A stretch of 32,000 nt of DNA from Bellilinea caldifistulae (lineage in GTDB: Bacteria; Chloroflexota; Anaerolineae; Anaerolineales; Anaerolineaceae). Below, piece after piece: positions 25,841-32,000 of the stretch (within the stretch, counting starts at the first letter, position 1; every line of letters begins with the position of its first letter). The notes beneath the pieces were generated by a model. The model had not been told where the DNA came from. It ran no database searches and worked only from the letters and a program-made list of their open reading frames with translations. The position numbers and the translations under genes are program-made. The stretch spans positions 90,001 through 122,000 of the forward strand of contig NZ_LGHJ01000016.1 in the NCBI RefSeq assembly GCF_001306055.1, read 5' to 3'.

Positions 25841-27553
25841 GTGTTTACCCAAAGGATATTAAGTCGCCCGGCACTGGTTTGGATACTCGTTTTGTCTTGC
25901 CTGTTAAGTCTGACTGGCTGTCATTCTCTGGCTCGTGAAGAACTTTCAACCGAAGCCGCTACAATGACAGAAAATCCAGAAATTGCAATTACAACCGGAC
26001 CCTACCAGACAATGCCAACGTCCATCTTACCCCAGCCAACCTTCGAATTCGACTCCCCGGTTTATATCCATAGCGATCCTTTACCAGAGAATGTACAGGC
26101 TTCTTTGAAAAGCGAAAATAATATAGAGTGGGTTGAAAGCGACGAACTGGCAGATTACTCGATCAAAATTGTTCACTCGGGGGTTGCTCAAGGCACGGTT
26201 CTCATCCGGTGGGTTTACACCATTGTAGCTGCTTTCCCAACGATTCAAGATGAGATCAGCCTTGGGAGGGTGGTAAATTGTTGGCGAGGCGCCTGCGGTG
26301 GAGAATTTCGCCTTCTGGTGTCAGAAGAAACCCTGCCGATTTTTCAAAATTTATGGGGGAATCCTGATCCTCAAAGTGTTCTGGTCCTGCCGGCTGACAA
26401 ACTGCTTGAAAAAGCATGGCAGGAAAGGGATTTGCGTGTCATCCTGCCGTTTGACCAGCTGGAACCACGCTGGAAGACATTGCGCGTAGATGGAATTTCA
26501 CCGCTGGATCAGGACTTTGTGTTGGAGGACTACAGTTTAACCATCGAATGGGAATGGAGGCTTAATCATGATAAGCCGAATGATTTTCTCAAAAATCGAA
26601 AATCCGTCATTACCAACCGGCTGCCAGAAAAATTCACCAGTTTGATCCTCACCGGTACGACTGCGCTGGTACGCCATACTGCCGAGAGGATGGAGCTGAA
26701 TGGATTGGACTATCCCTTGCAGGACATTGGCGAGTGGTTGCGTTCAGCGGATCTTGTGCATGTCAGTAATGAGGTTTCTTTTTATGAAAATTGTCCACCT
26801 GCGCTGCCAATGAGGGGCGGGCAACGATTTTGTACAAGCCCGCGATATGTGGAGTTCTTAAAGCTGGCTGGGGTGGATGTGGTGGAATTGACCGGAAATC
26901 ATTTGCTGGATTGGGGTCCTGAACCATTCTTATATACTTTGGATCTCTATAATCAAAACGGAATAAAGTACTATGGAGGTGGTAGAAATCTGAAAGAAGC
27001 CCGTCAACCACTCCTGATCGAACATCATGGCAATCGTTTAGCCTTGATCGGCTGTAACCGAGCCGGTCCGGAAAATATCTGGGCAACCGATGATCAACCC
27101 GGTCCATCCCCTTGTAATATGAAGGAATTGGAAGAGGAAATTAGAAATGTTTTGGACAAAGGGTATTTACCGATTGTCACCTTTCAGCATTATGAGGTTG
27201 AGGACTTCATGCCGATGAACCTGACTTTGCAGGAATTTGAACAGACCGCCCAATTCGGGGCGGTAATTGTCAGTGGTAGTCAGGCACATTTTGCCCATGG
27301 GTTTGGTTTTTATCGAGATCATTTCATGCATTACGGTCTTGGGAATTTGTTTTTCGATCAAATGTTTCCCTTGCACCGCAGGCAATTCATAGACCGACAT
27401 GTATTTTACGATGGAAAGTATCTCGGTGTGGAGTTACTTACCACAATTCTTGAAGATTATGCCAGGCCGCGGCCGATGACCAAGGATGAACGCGCAGAAA
27501 TGCTGGCGGATTACTTTCGAGTAAGCGGATGGCTGGAATCGGAGAAGCCATGA
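25841..27553 (+). CDS. Lipoprotein with N-terminal ~250-aa extension and C-terminal CapA/PGA_cap-like (metallophosphatase-fold) domain, paralog 1
   Basis: A GTG start gives a signal peptide with a lipobox (LLSLTGC). CapA-like blocks: ELTGNHLLDWG, GGGRNLKEARQP, IVTFQHYEVE, VIVSGSQAHF, HYGLGNLFFDQ. Confidence 0.8.
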   Translation: MFTQRILSRPALVWILVLSCLLSLTGCHSLAREELSTEAATMTENPEIAITTGPYQTMPTSILPQPTFEFDSPVYIHSDPLPENVQASLKSENNIEWVESDELADYSIKIVHSGVAQGTVLIRWVYTIVAAFPTIQDEISLGRVVNCWRGACGGEFRLLVSEETLPIFQNLWGNPDPQSVLVLPADKLLEKAWQERDLRVILPFDQLEPRWKTLRVDGISPLDQDFVLEDYSLTIEWEWRLNHDKPNDFLKNRKSVITNRLPEKFTSLILTGTTALVRHTAERMELNGLDYPLQDIGEWLRSADLVHVSNEVSFYENCPPALPMRGGQRFCTSPRYVEFLKLAGVDVVELTGNHLLDWGPEPFLYTLDLYNQNGIKYYGGGRNLKEARQPLLIEHHGNRLALIGCNRAGPENIWATDDQPGPSPCNMKELEEEIRNVLDKGYLPIVTFQHYEVEDFMPMNLTLQEFEQTAQFGAVIVSGSQAHFAHGFGFYRDHFMHYGLGNLFFDQMFPLHRRQFIDRHVFYDGKYLGVELLTTILEDYARPRPMTKDERAEMLADYFRVSGWLESEKP

Positions 27554-29232
27554 GAAAAAAATGGATTACCTATCTTTTAATCGCCTTGTGGATTAGCGGT
27601 TGTAATGCCTCGTCTGTTAATCCCACTGTTACCTCGTTTGCTCAGGAACCAACCCAATCACAGAAAGTAAAGTCCACCGTTACAAATGTTCCCACGCTGG
27701 CGGTTCAACCATCACCGACTGCAGCCCCGCAGCCGGTAATCTGGCTGGATGCTTCTCTCCCCGAGGGATTACTCAATCAAATGGCTCACCAAAACTTGAT
27801 GAGAAGCGAAAGCCAAAAAGAAAAGGCGAATATCTGGTTAGAGCCGGGTGCGTCAGATCGGGCAAACGTGACATGGGTATATGCACTGGTGACTCCATTT
27901 TCCTCCCTAATCGAGCAGATTGGCTTTGATCAATTAAGAAATTGGTGGCAAGGCAAACCCGATGAACAGGCGATTTCAATTTTTGTCACTGAAAATACTG
28001 CGCGCGCTCTTGAACCAATTTTAGGCAAATTCTCAACACACCATGTGGTTTTGAAAGAGAAGGATGAACTGTTAGATGCGGCATGGGAAAAGAGAGATGT
28101 GTTGGCAATTATTCCTTTCGAACAATTAGAACCACGTTGGAAAGTAATCTCGCTCAATGATCAGTCTCCGATCAGCAATCAATTCAAGATTGAGGATTAT
28201 CCGCTGGCAGTCCATTATCACTGGAACTCCGCATTGTTCACGGATGAAAGCCTGGAATTACCAACTCTTGACTCGAATCGGGATGGAAATAAGTTAACCG
28301 TACTGGTGATGACGGGGGTGACCGCCCTTGTGCGGGCAACGGCGGTTCGGATGGAAGAAAAGGGAATGACCTACCCCGGTGAGGCAATTGGCGACTGGCT
28401 GAGAAATGCGGATCTGACGCATATCAGCAACGAGATATCTTTTTCTCCAAATTGTCCAGACCCAAAAATGGATCCCTATCCGCTAATCTTTTGTAGTAAA
28501 CCCGAATATATTGAATTGCTCGAATCGGTAGGAACGGACATTGTTGACCTGACCGGAAATCACGGTGTAGATTGGGGGCGGGATGCTTTGTCCTTCTCTC
28601 TTGATCTCTATCGTTCTCGCGGATGGGCGTATTATGCTGCTGGCGAAAATCTAAATGAAGCGCGCGATGCCGTTTTGGTTGAGCACAACGGCAACCGCTT
28701 TGCTTTTCTGGGTTGTAACCCGGCAGGACCGGCTTACATTTGGGCTGGGGAGGACTTTGGAGGTGTGGCTCCGTGTGATTATGAATGGATTCAACAACGC
28801 ATTCACCAGTTGAAAGATGAAGGATATCTGGTAATTTTTACGTTTCAATATTTTGAAACCTACCGTCATTGGGTTGAAGAATTCGAACGACGGGATTTCC
28901 GCATTCCTGCCGGGGCGGGTGCCGTTATTGTCAGTGGTTCACAAGCCCATCACCCGATGGCGATGGAATTTTATGGAGATTCTTTCATTCATTATGGCCT
29001 GGGCAATCTGTTTTTTGATCAGATGTGGGTGGATACGGTTACCATACCGGAAGGCACTCGAAAAGAGTTGATTGATCGGCATGTGTTTTATAATGGAAAA
29101 CACATCTCAACCGAATTGCTGACGGCTTATCTGGAAGATTATTCCCGCCCGCGCCCGATGAGCGCCAGCGAGCGAGTGGATTTCCTGAAGGCAATATTCA
29201 CCGCAGCAGGGTGGGGACCATATAATCCATAA
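27550..29232 (+). CDS. Lipoprotein with N-terminal extension and CapA/PGA_cap-like domain, paralog 2
   Basis: I prefer the ATG at 27550, which overlaps the upstream stop (ATGA) and has GGAG upstream. It yields MRKKWITYLLIALWISGCNAS, a classic lipoprotein signal. The same CapA-like blocks occur as in paralog 1: DLTGNHGVDWG, IFTFQYFE, VIVSGSQAHHP, HYGLGNLFFDQ. Confidence 0.8.
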   Translation: MRKKWITYLLIALWISGCNASSVNPTVTSFAQEPTQSQKVKSTVTNVPTLAVQPSPTAAPQPVIWLDASLPEGLLNQMAHQNLMRSESQKEKANIWLEPGASDRANVTWVYALVTPFSSLIEQIGFDQLRNWWQGKPDEQAISIFVTENTARALEPILGKFSTHHVVLKEKDELLDAAWEKRDVLAIIPFEQLEPRWKVISLNDQSPISNQFKIEDYPLAVHYHWNSALFTDESLELPTLDSNRDGNKLTVLVMTGVTALVRATAVRMEEKGMTYPGEAIGDWLRNADLTHISNEISFSPNCPDPKMDPYPLIFCSKPEYIELLESVGTDIVDLTGNHGVDWGRDALSFSLDLYRSRGWAYYAAGENLNEARDAVLVEHNGNRFAFLGCNPAGPAYIWAGEDFGGVAPCDYEWIQQRIHQLKDEGYLVIFTFQYFETYRHWVEEFERRDFRIPAGAGAVIVSGSQAHHPMAMEFYGDSFIHYGLGNLFFDQMWVDTVTIPEGTRKELIDRHVFYNGKHISTELLTAYLEDYSRPRPMSASERVDFLKAIFTAAGWGPYNP

Positions 29233-29247
29233 ATTTTTCAGGAGGTA

Positions 29248-29886
29248 ATGATGAAAATTTGGGATATTTCTGTAACCATTTCGCCGACTCTGCCGACCTG
29301 GCCGGGTGATCCTAAAGCCATTGTCGAGCGGGTGAGCGCAATTGCCAAGGGTGCAAATGCCAATGTTTCGCGTATGGATATGGGGGTGCATACCGGTACG
29401 CATGTTGATGCGCCTCTGCATTTTATTGACGGAACAAGCGCCGTAGAAGCCATGAATCTGGAAGTGTTGATTGGCCCGGCCAGAGTGGTACAGGTTGGGG
29501 ATGAAGTCAATGTAATCACCCGTGAAGTGCTGGAGGGTCTGGATATTCCATCAAGCACTAGCCGTTTATTGTTCAAAACCCGCAATTCGTATTACTGGGC
29601 TAATCAGGTGCAGGAATTTCAAACCGATTTTGTCGGAATTGATGAAAGTGGTTCAAAATATCTGGTTGAAAAAGGTGTTCGGCTGGTTGGGGTGGATTAT
29701 CTATCGGTTGCACCGTATAAGCAATCCCGTCCAACTCACCAAATTCTATTGGGCGCAAATATAGTGATTATTGAGGGGCTTGATCTTTCGGCTATTCAGC
29801 CGGGTGAATATCAATTGATTTGCCTTCCCTTGAAAATTGAGGGTAGTGATGGCGCACCGGCGCGCGCGGTATTAATTCACGAGTGA
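29248..29886 (+). CDS. Cyclase-family protein (kynurenine formamidase / arylformamidase-like)
   Basis: The 212-aa ORF has the HTGTHVDAPLHF metal-binding signature and a VGVDYLS block. An AGGAGG SD lies upstream of ATG 29248/29251, 15 nt after paralog 2. Confidence 0.85.
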   Translation: MMKIWDISVTISPTLPTWPGDPKAIVERVSAIAKGANANVSRMDMGVHTGTHVDAPLHFIDGTSAVEAMNLEVLIGPARVVQVGDEVNVITREVLEGLDIPSSTSRLLFKTRNSYYWANQVQEFQTDFVGIDESGSKYLVEKGVRLVGVDYLSVAPYKQSRPTHQILLGANIVIIEGLDLSAIQPGEYQLICLPLKIEGSDGAPARAVLIHE

Positions 29887-29897
29887 GTCGGCCGGGA

Positions 29898-30677
29898 TTA
29901 ACCCGGCGTAATCAAGGTATAACCGCCGTCAATGACAATAACTTGCCCGCGTATCATAAATGCCTCCGGGCTGCAAAGGAAGGCAACCACTCTGGCTACA
30001 TCTTCCGGTTGAACCAGCCGTCCGGCGGGGGTGTTTTCGATGGCGCGGGTGATGACCTGCGGACTGGAGAGTGAGGCGAAATGCTTGAGGGCATCGGTCT
30101 CAACAAGGGATGGTGAAACAGCGTTCACCACAATGTTCAACGGCGCCAATTCAACTGCCAGATACCGGGTCAGGGATTCTAAAGCGGCTTTGGATGCCCC
30201 AACCGCCACATAATCCGGCAAAACGCGATGACTGCCCGGCGATGAAATCGCCACAATTGCTCCACCACCTCTTTTTTGCATAAGCGGTGCAGCCCGTTGC
30301 GCCGAAAAAAGAAATGCGCGGGCATTGACATTGATGGTGTGATCCCAACCCGTTTCTTTCTGCTGGAGCGCCGGTCGGTTAAAACCGGAGGCAGCATTGC
30401 TGATAAAAATATCCAGTCCGCCAAATTGCTGTTCGATGAAATCAAACAAGCGGTGGATGTCCTCAATTTTTCCGACATTGGCGCGAAAAATTTCTGCCCG
30501 ACGTCCCATTTGGCGGATTTGTTGGGCAGCTTCTTCGGCAGGGGCTTGATTGCGGACGAAATTAATCACCACATCCGCACCCCGTTCGGCGAGCAGCAGG
30601 GCAATGGCTCTGCCAATCCCACGTCCGCCGCCGGTGATCAGTGCAGTTTTACCAAGAAATGGGAGGATCTCATTCAT
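29898..30677 (-). CDS. fabL: SDR-family enoyl-[acyl-carrier-protein] reductase, FabL-like
   Basis: The ORF has TGGGRGIGRAIA and a run of blocks shared with Bacillus FabL as I recall it: NNAASG-type (SNAASG), SKAALESLTRYLAVELAP, VNAVS, TDALKHF, NTPAGRL, MIRGQVIVIDGG. A FabG-like ketoreductase cannot be fully excluded. Confidence 0.7.
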   Translation of the reverse strand: MNEILPFLGKTALITGGGRGIGRAIALLLAERGADVVINFVRNQAPAEEAAQQIRQMGRRAEIFRANVGKIEDIHRLFDFIEQQFGGLDIFISNAASGFNRPALQQKETGWDHTINVNARAFLFSAQRAAPLMQKRGGGAIVAISSPGSHRVLPDYVAVGASKAALESLTRYLAVELAPLNIVVNAVSPSLVETDALKHFASLSSPQVITRAIENTPAGRLVQPEDVARVVAFLCSPEAFMIRGQVIVIDGGYTLITPG

Positions 30678-31117
30678 TCAGGAGTCCCTTCCAGGAGAAT
30701 GGGTTTCAATAAATCTCTTTCAAACTGGTGAATGTTTTCCATACCCAGTTCAATCAACCGTTTTTCGGCTTGAAGGGCATCATCTTTCAATTGAGCGAGG
30801 TTAACTCCACGATAGAAAGCAGGGTAAGCTGCCAGCCATTTTTTGGCACGGTTGAACATCTTAACCGCTCCACGATAATTCCCATTCAGGATATGATGAT
30901 ACGCAACCCCAATTTGGAGAATGCCGCGGTAAAATTCCCGGACTGGACCGGGTTCTTCTCGCCATGCCAACTCTAAAGCTTCGTGGGCTTCAAAGTACTC
31001 TCCCTTGTTAAACAATTCAATTCCAATACCGGCTTGAGGGTGAAGTTTCCCATAGCGGGATTGCTCAATCTCTTGCGGGTTAAAGCGTTGTTCAGGGTAA
31101 ACCGGTTCGTTGGGCAT
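30674..31117 (-). CDS. DUF309 domain protein
   Basis: The block GIELFNKGEYFEAHEALELAWRE...FYRGILQIGVAYHHILNGNYRGAVKMFNRA is the DUF309 signature. Its stop overlaps the fabL-like start (ATGA). Confidence 0.8.
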   Translation of the reverse strand: MPNEPVYPEQRFNPQEIEQSRYGKLHPQAGIGIELFNKGEYFEAHEALELAWREEPGPVREFYRGILQIGVAYHHILNGNYRGAVKMFNRAKKWLAAYPAFYRGVNLAQLKDDALQAEKRLIELGMENIHQFERDLLKPILLEGTPE

Positions 31118-31154
31118 AAAACATTTGCATAAATGGTGGCTTTTATTTTGGGGG

Positions 31155-31163
31155 ATTATAGCA
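31155..31163 (-). promoter_or_regulatory. Extended -10 element (TGcTATAAT on the minus strand) for the DUF309-fabL operon
   Basis: The minus strand reads GTGCTATAATC ~38 nt upstream of the ATG at 31117. No SD lies in front of that ATG. Confidence 0.35.
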
Positions 31164-31250
31164 CAGGTAATTCACGAATTTCCTTATCATTCGTTCGAGA
31201 GTTGTGATAGGATAGAAAAGACAATCCTCTAGAATTTTCAAGGTTAGAAT

Positions 31251-32000
31251 ATGTCTTCAAATCCCTCTGTTGACTTTTTACAAGCCTGCCTGGAGCATAA
31301 TTTTTGGACGTGGTCCGCTCAAAGCAAAGTTAATCCTATCCCGGTCACCAAAGCCAAGGGGGTGTATTTCTGGGATGTTGATGGAAAGAGATATTTAGAC
31401 TTGAATTCAATGGTGATGTGCGTCAACATCGGTCATGGTGATGAAAGGGTAGTTGAGGCAATCGTGGAACAGGCACGTCAGTTGCCATTTGCAGGTCCGC
31501 AGATGGCAACTCAAGCGCGAGGCGAGTTGTGTAAAAAATTGACCGAGATTGTTCCGCCGGGTCTGTCTAAATTTTTGTTTACCCTTGGCGGGGCTGATGC
31601 CAATGAAAATGCCATCAAACTGGCGCGGGGTTATACGGGTCGTTTTAAAATTTTGACACGCTACCGATCTTACCACGGGGCAACTTATGGAGCGATTTCG
31701 TTGACCGGTGATCCGCGTCGGGTAGCCTGGGAACCCACTACCATGCCGGGGGTGGTTCATTTTCTTGACCCCTATCGTTACCGTTCAACCTTTCACCGAT
31801 TAAATCCAGACATCACCGAAGACGAGTTTTGCCGGGATTATTTGAATCATCTTGAGGAAATTATCCAGTATGAACGCCCTGAAACGATTGCAGCGATTTT
31901 GATCGAAACGGTCACTGGTACAAATGGGATTATCGTCCCGCCCGATGGCTATTTACAAGGCGTACGTGAGATTTGTGACCGTTATGGCATTGTGATGATC
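31251..32000 (+). CDS. Class III (omega-type) PLP aminotransferase, 3'-truncated by the window edge
   Basis: The frame is open from ATG 31251 to the window end (250 codons) and is absent from the ORF track because it has no stop. Translation: MSSNPSVDFLQACLEHNFWTW...KGVYFWDVDGKRYLDLNSMVMCVNIGHGD...TLGGADANENAIKLAR...YHGATYGAISLTG. These are class-III aminotransferase blocks (taurine-pyruvate / omega-amino-acid type). Confidence 0.85.
   Translation, partial: MSSNPSVDFLQACLEHNFWTWSAQSKVNPIPVTKAKGVYFWDVDGKRYLDLNSMVMCVNIGHGDERVVEAIVEQARQLPFAGPQMATQARGELCKKLTEIVPPGLSKFLFTLGGADANENAIKLARGYTGRFKILTRYRSYHGATYGAISLTGDPRRVAWEPTTMPGVVHFLDPYRYRSTFHRLNPDITEDEFCRDYLNHLEEIIQYERPETIAAILIETVTGTNGIIVPPDGYLQGVREICDRYGIVMI

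Noticed and set aside
25828-25843. TATAAT hexamer ending 7 nt before the GTG start of CapA-like paralog 1, suggesting a leaderless mRNA
   Set aside because: There is no TG extension or -35 box, and leaderless translation generally needs an AUG rather than a GUG start. The evidence is too weak to call. The real promoter may lie further upstream in the 107-bp divergent region.
27529-27549. The track's start at ATG 27529 for CapA-like paralog 2, which would overlap paralog 1 by 25 nt
   Set aside because: The ATG at 27550 gives a canonical lipoprotein signal peptide (MRKKW...ISGC), an ATGA stop/start overlap and an upstream GGAG. The extra MAGIGEA residues are unnecessary.
29891-29907. GCCGGG-attaa-CCCGGC hairpin between the convergent cyclase and fabL-like genes, as a bidirectional terminator
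   Set aside because: The stem is only 6 bp, there are no flanking T/A runs, and it overlaps the 3' coding end of the fabL-like gene. It is not convincing as a terminator.
1-32000. Search for mobile elements, defence systems, CRISPR arrays, tRNA/rRNA genes and dispersed repeat families
   Set aside because: No transposase, integrase or recombinase-like ORF is present, and no direct-repeat/spacer periodicity. The longest intergenic gaps are about 170 bp and none folds into a tRNA-like cloverleaf by eye. The intergenic hairpins do not share sequence with each other. The only DNA-level duplication noticed is the diverged tandem CapA-like gene pair.

Overview
The window is a gene-dense (about 90% coding) chromosomal segment of mid GC content. 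It looks bacterial, and protein architectures suggest a Chloroflexota/Anaerolineae-like organism, but that is a guess I cannot verify. I support 27 CDSs, two of them cut by the window edges, plus one doubtful mini-ORF. I see no rRNA, tRNA, CRISPR array, transposase, integrase or phage genes.

Gene content is mostly metabolic and housekeeping:
- Three alpha-glucan enzymes: a GH57 enzyme, a GH13 enzyme and a 1154-aa GH13-like giant.
- C1/amino-acid metabolism: an SHMT-GcvT fusion and two aminotransferases.
- Single-copy functions: fmt, a ketopantoate-reductase-like gene, a FabL-like reductase, a thiolase and a pterin dehydratase.
- Two peptidases, an ECF sigma factor module and several small or unknown proteins.

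Many neighbours are translationally coupled through ATGA or short overlaps. Several intergenic hairpins look like intrinsic terminators, and TGn-extended -10 elements recur upstream of operons.

Nothing resembles a known defence or mobile system. The items most worth a second look are unusual architectures:
1. A 1042-aa serine hydroxymethyltransferase / glycine-cleavage T-protein fusion with an extra middle module.
2. An ECF sigma - DegV - tail-anchored mini-protein module with no recognisable anti-sigma factor.
3. Tandem lipoprotein paralogs with a CapA-like domain and an N-terminal extension, with no capB or capC.
4. A subtilase fused to an ~11-helix membrane domain and coupled to an M29 aminopeptidase.
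5. A giant GH13-like protein apparently co-transcribed with an orphan pterin dehydratase and a CBS protein.
6. A monothiol (CYTS) mycoredoxin-like protein coupled to a small helical protein.

All family assignments come from motif recognition by eye. No database search was possible.
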